Positions 26,633 to 36,253 are shown, counted from the stretch's first letter. The stretch is 64,000 nt of DNA from Bacteroidota bacterium (GCA_021324735.1 JAJPIO010000006.1:15667-79666); one strand, 5' to 3'. Notes: generated by a model not told the origin, from the sequence alone. Translations and numbers: made by a program.

Positions 26633-28792
26633 ATGTCTGTGGATACACTGCACGTGAGCGCCTCCTTCATTGGCGTTGATACTATTCACCGTATTCCGCT
26701 CATCGGTTCTTCCCAAGTCACAATGCCGTTTACGCCGCCAATCCCAATGCAGTTCGACTCCGTAGCGACATGCTCTCATGAGGACACCATACTGCAGATC
26801 AGGAATCTGGGCTGCAGTATCATGGCGATAACCAATCTATACTCACTTTCGAAAGACTGGATCATCACCGATACTTCCGGCAATCCACTGCAACTTCCGA
26901 TCAGTATACCGATAGATTCTGCCGTAAGTATTCGTATCCGTTTCAAGCCACAATCCTTCGGATACGAGAACAGTCGAATCACGATTCAATATCACTATTA
27001 TGGTGTGGATTCGCTCGCGACCTTTGCCATCTACGGTACTGGAACAACGCCTGGCGAACTTACTTATTCCAGAAGACTCGATTTCGGTCCAGTCTCCCTT
27101 TGCAGTAGCCTTGATACTGTTCTCACATTCCATAATGGAAGTTGCCAACCAGACCGAATCGATACTATAATGGTGAACAGCCCGTTCTACATTCTCGACT
27201 CGACCAGTTTCCCGATAGTTGTAGACGAAGGCAAGACAGTACGTATCAGAGTGCGGTATTCACCTTCACACAAAGGAGGCGATTCATACGCCGCAACGCT
27301 GAAAATGATGATGAATGGATTACTCTTATTTGATTCACTCAATCTATCGGGCGTGGCAACTGCAGGGCTCTCTTCCTTTTCCACTACCTTATCACACGAT
27401 TCCATATCATTCAAGCCGCGCTCCGAGTGTGATGCACCGGATTCCGTAATATTCTTTATTAACAATCCCGGCTGCGACTCTCTTACCATCAACAGCCTAA
27501 CTCTCGAAGGCAACACGACTCCTGCTCTCGTATTAGAGCAAGGAATATCGCTTCCAACTAAGATCCAAGGTAGTGACTCCATTCGAGTTGCGATCTCTAT
27601 CGAAAGATTGGTACCAGGCGGTTACAAGGGGACATTGCACGCCTCTTTTACGCTGGCCGACGGCACCTCAAAAGATACCCTCATTCCTGTCAGTGCCGTC
27701 ATTACAGCAGGCACACGCACGATCTCGATCGATACCACGGGTGTGAACCTCGGCTCCGGCTCGATCTGTGCTGTGCACGACACGGTACTGCATTACACGA
27801 ATACCGGCTGCTTACCGGTTACTATCCTCGGGTGGCGAATGACGCATTGGAATGGATTTAATGTCGCCGGCAGCGGAAAGTATCCGCCTCTTACGCTTCA
27901 GCCAAACGAGAGCGATTCCATCTATATCACTTATTCAGGCACGATGCCGGGCTCATACTACGATACGGTCTTCTTCTCGTGCGGTACCGATAAAGATTCT
28001 GGCCGTTCAATACCGGTCAGTGTTATCATACGACCGGTTGACTCGCTTCACTTCGAATTAATAGCACCACCCGCAATAAAAGCCGGTCAGAGCTTTACGA
28101 CGGAAATTCGACCGGCGAAAAATATTGCAACGGAAGATCTTCGCCAGATCGCAGGTGTGCTTTCCTATCCCGATAACAATTTTGTTTTCGAATCTCTGAC
28201 CGCGACATCACCGCTTCAACTTCAATATCAGGGACCCTTTGTAAGCGCTCACACCGCTCACATCCCGTTTACGCTTACGAGCACTTCTCCGATCACGTTC
28301 GACACGCTTTTGCCAGTCCTTACCTTAACCAGAGAAGCGATGATCACGGATACCATCGATTACTCTGTCTTGCTCGATTCCATACTGTTTAACGGAGATC
28401 CGAACTACCAACGCTGTACACTGGCAACAGGCGAGGTCACAACTGTTTTGTCGCTCAACGCAGCATGCCCAGACCCGCTCATTATTAATAGCTTATCCGG
28501 CCATCCGCTGCTATTGGCGGGCCTCGTGAAGCCTAACCCAGTTACATCGGACGCTCAGTATCGCACCGAATTATCGCTGCAAGCTCTCGAGAATGGCATG
28601 GTAACGATCGTGCTTTCGGATGCGGTGGGGCGAATTGTTTATACGACGAATAGATATTTGCAAAAAAATACCGTTGACACCGAGCTCTTCGATCTTATGC
28701 AAGAGCCTGCAGGATGCTACTTCTATTCCGTCCGATTTAATTCTCTCCTTGGCAGTGCGGCGAATAGCGGAACACTGATCTTGAAACGGTAA
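26633..28792 (+). CDS. repeated Ig-like/beta-sandwich domain protein with T9SS C-terminal domain, C-terminal part of the same frameshifted gene
   Basis: About 100-aa repeats with conserved Cys and (I/L)TDTSG...L..PI motifs. The C-terminal VKPNPVTSDAQYRT...SGTLILKR is a T9SS CTD. The frame is open upstream back to 26561, overlapping the 3' end of the preceding ORF. Confidence 0.7.
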   Translation: MSVDTLHVSASFIGVDTIHRIPLIGSSQVTMPFTPPIPMQFDSVATCSHEDTILQIRNLGCSIMAITNLYSLSKDWIITDTSGNPLQLPISIPIDSAVSIRIRFKPQSFGYENSRITIQYHYYGVDSLATFAIYGTGTTPGELTYSRRLDFGPVSLCSSLDTVLTFHNGSCQPDRIDTIMVNSPFYILDSTSFPIVVDEGKTVRIRVRYSPSHKGGDSYAATLKMMMNGLLLFDSLNLSGVATAGLSSFSTTLSHDSISFKPRSECDAPDSVIFFINNPGCDSLTINSLTLEGNTTPALVLEQGISLPTKIQGSDSIRVAISIERLVPGGYKGTLHASFTLADGTSKDTLIPVSAVITAGTRTISIDTTGVNLGSGSICAVHDTVLHYTNTGCLPVTILGWRMTHWNGFNVAGSGKYPPLTLQPNESDSIYITYSGTMPGSYYDTVFFSCGTDKDSGRSIPVSVIIRPVDSLHFELIAPPAIKAGQSFTTEIRPAKNIATEDLRQIAGVLSYPDNNFVFESLTATSPLQLQYQGPFVSAHTAHIPFTLTSTSPITFDTLLPVLTLTREAMITDTIDYSVLLDSILFNGDPNYQRCTLATGEVTTVLSLNAACPDPLIINSLSGHPLLLAGLVKPNPVTSDAQYRTELSLQALENGMVTIVLSDAVGRIVYTTNRYLQKNTVDTELFDLMQEPAGCYFYSVRFNSLLGSAANSGTLILKR

Positions 28793-28839
28793 ATGCAATA
28801 GAGGCCCCCTCTCTCAGTGCCTCTATCGCCTTTTGTTCT

Positions 28840-30084
28840 TTATCGAACGACGCTAAAGCGAAGTGTTGAAACTCGGTTGCTAAAGTGAAGGTCAACATAG
28901 TAAACACCTGCCGAGTATTTTGAGACGTCGAACTGGATATGATTCGCTATCCTGGCATCATCGTGCCATACCGTCGCTCCAAGATCATTCCGAAGTGTGA
29001 TCGAGCTGGGGTTCTCAGGAACATCGATGGTTACGATTCCCGTCGCAGGATTCGGATAAATGAGAGATCGGGAGGCGGATTCTGAACCCGACACTCCTGC
29101 CGCCATAATTTTGTACGGTGGCGCATTCGTGTAGTCGAACGACAGCGAAGAACATCCGAGCGCCTGCGAATATTGAAGGCCGCTCATCCCTGCTCCGGGA
29201 CTGTGAATGATGACGCCAGATCCGCCGGTAACCGTCGCACCGTCTTTCAAGTATATGACATTGTTGCTCGGATTGATAATAGTCGAACCTGCTTCCGCAT
29301 AAATAGTCCTGCCTCCGTATGCACCAGCGTAGAGCTTACCTCCCGGCACGACCCAGATATCATGCTGATTTGGGAAATTAGTCGCATGATAATCCGCTGA
29401 TGCATCGATAGAATCAATGTATACGTCACTGGGAATGGCAGGGAAACAATCATACACATTAATATAGGCATTAGAATCGGCGTTGCTGCCGGCACATCCC
29501 ACCGGGCTTGCTGCGGTTATGCTGATCTTCTTTTGGCCCGTAGAATTATACACAACACTTACGGCAGAATCCGTTGATGTTGCGGGACTTGCTCCGTCGC
29601 CCAAATTCCATGCATAAGTACAGCCTTGTACCCCATTATATACTTCTGGAACAAACCGTACTGTATCCCCAACCAGATAAGCACTCCGGTAAACGTAGCT
29701 ACCGAGATCGCAACGAACTTGTGGGATATCACCGATCGTGATATCGCTGCCGTTGTTATTACCGACAACATAGGGATTAGAGGAGGTCACCCGTAATCGG
29801 TAGTGATTTCCCGGTGCCGCATTTATCGTAGCGGTTATACTACCTGTGGTTGTAGATTTGACCTGGCCGACATTTGTGAACGTGGGCGAAAAACTGCCGT
29901 CCGGCCCTGAAAGCTGAACGGTAAAGACGTTCTTTGTGCCGAACGATCCGCTGGCAGTGTAGTCAATGGTAATAGAGCTTCCATTACAGATCGACGTTGA
30001 ACTCACGGCACCCGTGCTAACCGTTTGCGCGGATAATGCACATGGAGTAAGAAAAAGACCGAAGAACACAGCTATTCTCTTCAT
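28840..30084 (-). CDS. T9SS C-terminal-domain secreted hypothetical protein
   Basis: Start taken at MKRIAVFFGLFLTPCALSAQ (signal peptide); the track ORF starts 39 nt upstream. The C-terminus LIYPNPATGIVTIDV...STLRFSVVR is a T9SS CTD. Confidence 0.7.
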   Translation of the reverse strand: MKRIAVFFGLFLTPCALSAQTVSTGAVSSTSICNGSSITIDYTASGSFGTKNVFTVQLSGPDGSFSPTFTNVGQVKSTTTGSITATINAAPGNHYRLRVTSSNPYVVGNNNGSDITIGDIPQVRCDLGSYVYRSAYLVGDTVRFVPEVYNGVQGCTYAWNLGDGASPATSTDSAVSVVYNSTGQKKISITAASPVGCAGSNADSNAYINVYDCFPAIPSDVYIDSIDASADYHATNFPNQHDIWVVPGGKLYAGAYGGRTIYAEAGSTIINPSNNVIYLKDGATVTGGSGVIIHSPGAGMSGLQYSQALGCSSLSFDYTNAPPYKIMAAGVSGSESASRSLIYPNPATGIVTIDVPENPSSITLRNDLGATVWHDDARIANHIQFDVSKYSAGVYYVDLHFSNRVSTLRFSVVR

Positions 30085-30156
30085 GGACGTAAATTGGTTT
30101 ATGACGCTCTTAAAACACGGCACATAACCCGAAGTTACAACTGCGGATATTCGGTT

Positions 30157-30735
30157 TTAGAATCGGTCCATTAATTCCACAATCTCATTTTTCGTTAACT
30201 CCCGCCATTCTCCTGGTTCTAACGAGCCGAGTGTGATCTTCCCGATCGATATGCGGACGAGTCGTAACGTCGGATAACCGACCGCCGCCGTCATTCGCCG
30301 GACCTGCCGATTCTTACCCTCCCTAAGCGTGAGTTCGATCCATCCCGTAGGAATATTCTTGCGTACACGAATCGGCGGAGTGCGTGGTGGAAGCATGGGG
30401 TCACTGTTCAGCATTCGCGCTTTCGCAGGCAGAGTCCGATAGCCCTGGATCACAACACCGCGCTCGAGTTCTTGAAGCGCCTCGCTTGTTGGGGTGCCTT
30501 CCACTTGTGCAAGGTAGGTCCGTGTGTGTCCTTTGCCAGGCTCGAGCAATTTCTTTATTAGCGGACCATCGTTCGTAAGCAATAACAGCCCTTCGGAATC
30601 GCTATCTAATCGGCCAGCGGCATATAGATCTTTGGGCAGGCCGAATTCTGCGAGCGTACGCTGCCCTTCCACTTCGGCAGTGAATTGGCTCAGTACGCCA
30701 TACGGTTTGTAAAAAACAATATACTTATTGCCCAA
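30157..30735 (-). CDS. rluE: rRNA pseudouridine synthase, RsuA/RluE family (no S4 domain)
   Basis: Catalytic motif GRLDSDSEGLLLLTNDG and 192 aa length are typical of RluE-like enzymes. Confidence 0.8.
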   Translation of the reverse strand: MGNKYIVFYKPYGVLSQFTAEVEGQRTLAEFGLPKDLYAAGRLDSDSEGLLLLTNDGPLIKKLLEPGKGHTRTYLAQVEGTPTSEALQELERGVVIQGYRTLPAKARMLNSDPMLPPRTPPIRVRKNIPTGWIELTLREGKNRQVRRMTAAVGYPTLRLVRISIGKITLGSLEPGEWRELTKNEIVELMDRF

Positions 30736-30958
30736 TTCTTACAAAGGAATTATGAATAATCCGGCAAATATCATTAACAACGCGCGCTCATTATTTTCGG
30801 CACCGTTCTTTAGGCGATAACGGTTTTATCATTAAGAGTATTAACTCTGTTTACCCTGCGCGATGTGGTTAGACATCGCGAGGTTCGTCAAAAATCATTG
30901 CTACTTCTGCATACAATGCTTCCCAAGGCAGGTATGCTATTCTTGTCGCTTGTTAAAA

Positions 30959-31591
30959 ATGAGAAAGCCTTTCTTGATCTCGCTTGCGAGCTGTGTGCTA
31001 ATTTTTATTCTTTTCTTACGGCCGATCTCCGCTTTTAGTCAAACCTATACTCAGGATGATGCAACGGAAGTAATATTGGCGGGTGGCGGGACGGATCCCT
31101 CACATACGTTAAGCATTAAGGCGCCCTCTCTTGCATCGAGTACGACCCTCACGATGCCGAGCAGTAATGCAAGCGGCTACCTTACCAACGATGGCTCGGG
31201 GAATCTCTCCTGGAGCGCGCTCTCTTCTGGTGTTACTGAAGTACACAACGTTAACGATTCCACCACGACCAGCACCAGCGAGACAGCCGTCGGCTTGCGG
31301 GATTTTGATATTGTACCTGGTGCAGGCGATTACCTGGTCCTATTCAATTCCTATATCGAGAACAGCGGCGCGAATAATCGGAGCCAAATTTCTATTTATG
31401 CTAACGGGACACAGGTTGCGCAGTCGGTTCGCGCCGCGGACATTTCGTCGTCCAGCAGATATTACCCTATTTCAACAATGGCCTATATTTCGGGCCTCAG
31501 CGCCGGTCAGCACATCTCTATGGAGTGGCACACTAGCGCCAGCACTTTAAAAATCCACGAACGGACGATGATTGTGATGAAGTTGAAGTAG
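30959..31591 (+). CDS. secreted hypothetical protein
   Basis: The internal ATG gives signal peptide MRKPFLISLASCVLIFILFLRPISAFSQ. The body is Ser/Thr-rich, 210 aa. Confidence 0.5.
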   Translation: MRKPFLISLASCVLIFILFLRPISAFSQTYTQDDATEVILAGGGTDPSHTLSIKAPSLASSTTLTMPSSNASGYLTNDGSGNLSWSALSSGVTEVHNVNDSTTTSTSETAVGLRDFDIVPGAGDYLVLFNSYIENSGANNRSQISIYANGTQVAQSVRAADISSSSRYYPISTMAYISGLSAGQHISMEWHTSASTLKIHERTMIVMKLK

Positions 31592-31662
31592 TTTGTTTCA
31601 GATTCACTCGCTTCTCCAAATCGATCGGGACTGCGCTTACAATCGCAAATTCAATCCTATAT

Positions 31663-32595
31663 TCAAATGGAATGATAGCGAATGCCCCTATAATCGTAGA
31701 GGTTAAAATCCGTCAGGCCCGAAAAATACTGGAGAGATATATAGGATACGTCCCCTGCCCACCCTATCGCAGCACCTGCTTCGTTAAATGTGTTGAGCCG
31801 TGGCAAATTGGATGATACATTTCCAAAGTAATAATAATCGTAATAGTATGGATAGTAGCCGCCATCCACGGTTGCCTGGCCAAACATACCTTGCACGAAA
31901 TAATGCGGCGTAACGAAATAGCGCAACCCAAAATCCGATGCGGTTACTGTTGATCTGCTAGTACTCATTCCTGCTGATACCGGATAATTTGCCTCCGAAC
32001 GTGTTTGGTAAAAGAACTCGAACTCATGCATAAAGTCGAGGCCAAAACCACCCTGAAATGAGAGTTCCGGATCGGGGAAACTACTGCCGGAAGCCGGAAA
32101 TACCTTATTACCATTCATCATAAAGGTCAATCCAGGGCCGCCGAAGAGGAGCAATTGCAGCGCACGATCGTGGTGCGTTTCGCCGACCATATTCGGTATT
32201 GTCGCCGCAATTCCCTCGAGACCATGCACTCGAGAAGAATCGACAGACACGAGCACCGGTGCATAATTGAACCACGTACCGGTCATATCATCGATCAAAT
32301 TTCCAACTCCGAGAAATAGGAGATTTGGGATTTCACCACTCCACAACCATTTTACAAGACCAACAGTGGTCGTTTTATCTCGATAAACGAGCCGTACTGA
32401 ATCCATATGACGATCGAGATAAACACCATGCTCATCGTTCTCAAGCTCATACGTCGGCAACCGGCGGCCCTGCATATCCTGCACTTCGGCATCCCGCGGG
32501 CCAAGCACTTGAAGCCGTGGGTTTGTGTGAAACAACGTCCCGCATCCTGCAAACGCAAGCGCTGAAACCACTAAGAACATTTTTGCAGAGGACAT
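31663..32595 (-). CDS. hypothetical lipoprotein (possible outer membrane protein, aromatic-rich C-terminus)
   Basis: Start taken at MSSAKMFLVVSALAFAGCG (lipobox); the longer track ORF would overlap the upstream gene. 310 aa. Confidence 0.55.
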   Translation of the reverse strand: MSSAKMFLVVSALAFAGCGTLFHTNPRLQVLGPRDAEVQDMQGRRLPTYELENDEHGVYLDRHMDSVRLVYRDKTTTVGLVKWLWSGEIPNLLFLGVGNLIDDMTGTWFNYAPVLVSVDSSRVHGLEGIAATIPNMVGETHHDRALQLLLFGGPGLTFMMNGNKVFPASGSSFPDPELSFQGGFGLDFMHEFEFFYQTRSEANYPVSAGMSTSRSTVTASDFGLRYFVTPHYFVQGMFGQATVDGGYYPYYYDYYYFGNVSSNLPRLNTFNEAGAAIGWAGDVSYISLQYFSGLTDFNLYDYRGIRYHSI

Positions 32596-32597
32596 AA

Positions 32598-33299
32598 CTA
32601 TTTGAGAGGATAAGCAACAATGCGGTCGATCGTTACATGGCCACGATTGTGAGGCGCAGTACCATAACCAAAAAAGTTTTCGTCGAGCTGGATGTTTGCC
32701 CATAGCGTCGCCCCTCGAAAAGCAGACATTTGGTCTGATGGAATTTCGAAGCTGTCAAAGCCCAGGTTAATAAACTGCTTGAGGAGTAAATTTGAATCGG
32801 TTACCAAGATCTGTGCTTGTATATTACTCTGTGCTTCCGCGTCCTGAGTATGACAAGTGAATGAAGTTGCAGTATCACGCAGGAGTGTGTCGCCGGGTCT
32901 CGGTGATGTTATGACAGCCGTGAAGCCTGTTTCAAAAGATGTATCGATCTGAAGGTGATATGGGAAAACAAGTGTAACAATGTTCTGCTTGCCATCCAAA
33001 TGGTAAGGCGCAGCTGAATTATAAATAGCGGGCACAGTGCTGCCTAAATTACGATACACCGTATCACCATTGACAATTATATACTGGAGCGAATCCAGAG
33101 TGACGTAGGGATCTAAGTCATAGAGATCCGGCGAGACGATAGTCGACGCATGTTCGGAGCCATCGGGCCACCGTTGCGAAACATAATGGACATCGTATAG
33201 CATGACGCCGTTCGGCGGAAACTCCTGTGGATTCGGCGGCCACACACAACCGCCATAAACCACTATAACTGCAAGTAAGAGTAGGGACTGGAGACGCAT
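32598..33299 (-). CDS. secreted hypothetical protein
   Basis: Signal peptide MRLQSLLLLAVIVVYGG, 233 aa. It ends 2 nt before the start of the next gene on the same strand. Confidence 0.55.
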   Translation of the reverse strand: MRLQSLLLLAVIVVYGGCVWPPNPQEFPPNGVMLYDVHYVSQRWPDGSEHASTIVSPDLYDLDPYVTLDSLQYIIVNGDTVYRNLGSTVPAIYNSAAPYHLDGKQNIVTLVFPYHLQIDTSFETGFTAVITSPRPGDTLLRDTATSFTCHTQDAEAQSNIQAQILVTDSNLLLKQFINLGFDSFEIPSDQMSAFRGATLWANIQLDENFFGYGTAPHNRGHVTIDRIVAYPLK

Positions 33300-33414
33300 T
33301 TATTCACATAAAGTACAACTACATATACAATAACGCGAAACTGGCGCTTCGGTTACAGTATTTCTTGATTTACAGATAAAAGCCGGCTTCGACCATTAAC
33401 GCGCAATCAAAGGA

Positions 33415-33756
33415 CTAACTTTGCGCGTGACCATCTTGCCACACTTCGGTTGCGTTGAGCGCAAAATCCTCTTGGGAATCGGTAATAAAGCGCACAACAT
33501 AAAAGCATAGTATAGCTGCAACGATCTCTATCGAGGCAACGGTAATTCTTAAATACAGCCTGGCGAGTAACTCCACTGCCGGATTTTGAAAGCGCATAGC
33601 TAACGCGAGCAAGTTAGTAACCACATTCGTTGCGATCCAAAAGCCCCACCACCAACCGAGTAGCCGTCTTTTTTCTCGGTAAGAGCACCTGCTCTCTCGG
33701 CTATCCAACGTATCATCTGAAGAGGCCGCCACAAGTTGATAATAGGTACAAACCAA
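33415..33756 (-). CDS. C-terminal continuation of the DUF4328-like protein in the -1 frame (pseudogene fragment or assembly error)
   Basis: After the A6 run (plus-strand T6 at 33669-33674) this frame reads RRLLGWWWGFWIATNVVTNLLALAMRF...IVAAILCFYVVRFI, which is TM-helix-like. Its first ~25 codons upstream of the run are junk-like. Confidence 0.35.
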   Translation of the reverse strand: MVCTYYQLVAASSDDTLDSRESRCSYREKRRLLGWWWGFWIATNVVTNLLALAMRFQNPAVELLARLYLRITVASIEIVAAILCFYVVRFITDSQEDFALNATEVWQDGHAQS

Positions 33757-34166
33757 GCGCCCAGTGCCCAGCCTTGTTCGTAAGGTGGTGGCTCCGTATC
33801 AAATGCGATAGTATTATTATACGCATACCAGAACCAGGCGAGAAATGTCACGATGCTCGCAAGAAATGCGACCACACGTAACAATCCGAATACCGCGGCA
33901 TATTGATCCACCAAACTCGGATGCAAAAAATCTTGCAATAATTGCATCATATCGCCTACCTTTGAGATACTTAAGAACGTTGTGATGATAATGCCGATAT
34001 CGCCAATGATAAGTGCGAAAAGGAATATCTGCCCCCAGGATTGCAGCGTACGCAACGAATGAAAGAAACGTGGTGACCAATCATTCGCGATGATAGTCAT
34101 TGGTGGCGTTTCATTTGTGTCTTGTTCAATTTCCATTGCGGACATTATCCTAAACCAATAATGCAA
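33600..34166 (-). CDS. DUF4328-like membrane protein, N-terminal portion (frameshifted at a homopolymer)
   Basis: Contains WFWYAYNN...GWALGAWFVPIINLWRPLQMIRWI, the W..P..NL.RP.Q motif I associate with DUF4328 proteins. The last ~25 aa look out of frame (low complexity GGGAFGSQRMWLLTCSR). Confidence 0.55.
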   Translation of the reverse strand: MHYWFRIMSAMEIEQDTNETPPMTIIANDWSPRFFHSLRTLQSWGQIFLFALIIGDIGIIITTFLSISKVGDMMQLLQDFLHPSLVDQYAAVFGLLRVVAFLASIVTFLAWFWYAYNNTIAFDTEPPPYEQGWALGAWFVPIINLWRPLQMIRWIAERAGALTEKKDGYSVGGGAFGSQRMWLLTCSR

Positions 34167-34290
34167 ATATAAATGCCGCCAGGCTCATGTGCGGAAGATT
34201 CTGACGCGTTGAAGTAAACTCGGAGATCGGTTGAATCCACTGATCGTGTGGAATGCGGGAGGTACGCTTTTCCATAAATGCAAAACTACT

Positions 34291-34310
34291 ACATTCTATT
34301 AGTAGAATGT
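34291..34310. promoter_or_regulatory. perfect 20-bp palindrome (8+4+8) in a divergent intergenic region, candidate operator
   Basis: ACATTCTA-TTAG-TAGAATGT. It lies between the divergently transcribed 33600-34166 (-) and 34453-34971 (+) genes. Further GC palindromes follow: TGTCCGGC..GCCGGACA and GTCGCC..GGCGAC. Confidence 0.3.
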
Positions 34311-34452
34311 GAAAGTGACCGCGTGGTGTCCGGCCCCTGCGCCGGACAGAGCTGACGCGACAGAGAGCTGTAACGTTGCATTGGTCGCCGCAGTGGGCGA
34401 CCACCACGCTCACGAGCCCGAATTCATCCCTCCGTACTCATGTTTACCTCGC

Positions 34453-34971
34453 ATGGGACCACGACTCCCTCTCATCATACTATTGCTCTTTTTCCCTCTC
34501 GCTGCTCACGCGCAGCTAAGAGTAAACAATGTTGCGCCGGCCTGTAACTGGCTTGCGGTAGGGCTTGGCGCCGTCTCGCCGGGATTCGGCGGCCTCGCGG
34601 AGTATACGCACGCCGAAAATAAGTGGGCGATCGGACTAAAGGCTCAGGGTGGCGGTAGCTTTGGGATCTTCGGCGCTCAGGAAGGCATCGAGTGGTACAC
34701 GCTCCATGGCGGATATCAGTTCTGGTCACTGAAACGGAGCCTGCGAATTGTTGCCGGCCCGGCGTACTACGTGCACCACATGGATACCACGTATCTCTTC
34801 AGCAGCGCACAACGTCACGCCGATGATGGCATTGGCGTCGACGTCGAAGTTGAAAGCATTCTCGTGCACTGGAAATATTTTGGCATGGGTGCGGCAGCCA
34901 CTGCGCTCGTCTCCCGAAAGTATTTCTTCGGCGGCGTTATATTGAACTTGTATGTTGGCTTACTCGAGTAA
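34453..34971 (+). CDS. secreted small beta-barrel-like hypothetical protein
   Basis: The internal ATG gives signal peptide MGPRLPLIILLLFFPLAAHAQ. Gly/aromatic alternation, 172 aa. Confidence 0.55.
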   Translation: MGPRLPLIILLLFFPLAAHAQLRVNNVAPACNWLAVGLGAVSPGFGGLAEYTHAENKWAIGLKAQGGGSFGIFGAQEGIEWYTLHGGYQFWSLKRSLRIVAGPAYYVHHMDTTYLFSSAQRHADDGIGVDVEVESILVHWKYFGMGAAATALVSRKYFFGGVILNLYVGLLE

Positions 34972-35110
34972 CGCATCCCCAATCCTCTGCTCTGATTTTT
35001 CTTCAGTTTTTGAAGCATCGCTCGTACTATATCATCTACTGCTCTTATCTACCGCTGGCTTAGAATTGGATTAATGACGGCACGTTTTTGGGTCTCATAC
35101 GGACCGGAAT

Positions 35111-36253
35111 ATGACTCCCGAAAATCGGAAACGCCTTGCAGACATTATCGAAGCCCAGAAAGATGAGATTCTGGAGGAGTGGCGCACGCGCGTACGGCCA
35201 CTGCTATCAAAGTACGATATCTCCACGCCCATTCTCAACAATGAAATGCCCGATTTCCTTGATGAACTGACGCGCCGCATTCGAGATATAGACGTGCCGT
35301 ACTCATGGGATGCCACCAAAGAAGATGATCGTGAAATTGAGACCACTGCTGTTAATCATGGCCGGCAGCGATTCGAAGCAGGTTATGATATTGTTGAGGT
35401 CATTAAGGAGTATGGGCTGCTACGCGAAGTGGTTATCGATCGTGCGGAATCCGAAGGCGTCGTGATCGGCGGCAAAGGCGGTCATGTGTTCAACTATGTC
35501 TTCAATCACGCCGCAGCAACGGCAGTGGAAACCTTCGAATCGGAAAAGCGAAACGAGACGCTCCGCCGCAGGAAAGAATATCTTGCGGTTGTGATGCATG
35601 ACCTCAAGACGCCGCTTAACGCCATCATGATTGCTGCTCACGTTATCGAGGAAGCGGTCGATAAGCCCGACGTAGTGACCGAAATGGCACAGATCATTGT
35701 CCGCAGCGGTGAGCGGCTCGACGAATTTCTTCAGGATACGATCCGAAAAGAAAAAAGCGGTCTCAATGAAGGCATTGAAGATCTTATTATTCGGCCCTTC
35801 GAATTATGGCCGCTCGTTCAATCCGTAATGGATGAGCACAGGGTGCTTGCCGAGGAATCGCACACGAGCCTGCTTAACCTGGTACCGGCAAACTTCACGA
35901 TGTCAGCCGACGCGGTCGCGCTCAAGACCGTCTTTCGAAATCTGATCTCGAATGCGATCAAATATACCGCGGGTGGCAAGATCACTACGGGTGTATCGAC
36001 ATCCCGAAAAGGTATGGTCGAGTGTTGGGTACGCGATACCGGTTCGGGTATTCCGACCGAGCGGATCGGGACGCTCTTTGAAGGTAAGACGGATCCTTCG
36101 CATAAAGGCAGCACCGGACTCGGACTCATCACCGTCAAGAAATTGGTCGAAGCACATGGCGGATGCATGACCGTCGAAAGCATGCCCGGCGAAGGAACGA
36201 CCGTCCGGATATTTTTGCCCTGCAAACCTCGGCCAGAAAATGGTGGTGTCTGA
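35111..36253 (+). CDS. cytoplasmic sensor histidine kinase (HisKA + HATPase_c), orphan
   Basis: H-box VVMHDLKTPLNAI, N-box ISNAIKYT, and G-boxes VRDTGSGIP / GTGLGLITVKKLVEAHGG. No TM segments and no response regulator nearby. The stop codon lies inside a GTCTGAAC repeat motif. Confidence 0.85.
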   Translation: MTPENRKRLADIIEAQKDEILEEWRTRVRPLLSKYDISTPILNNEMPDFLDELTRRIRDIDVPYSWDATKEDDREIETTAVNHGRQRFEAGYDIVEVIKEYGLLREVVIDRAESEGVVIGGKGGHVFNYVFNHAAATAVETFESEKRNETLRRRKEYLAVVMHDLKTPLNAIMIAAHVIEEAVDKPDVVTEMAQIIVRSGERLDEFLQDTIRKEKSGLNEGIEDLIIRPFELWPLVQSVMDEHRVLAEESHTSLLNLVPANFTMSADAVALKTVFRNLISNAIKYTAGGKITTGVSTSRKGMVECWVRDTGSGIPTERIGTLFEGKTDPSHKGSTGLGLITVKKLVEAHGGCMTVESMPGEGTTVRIFLPCKPRPENGGV

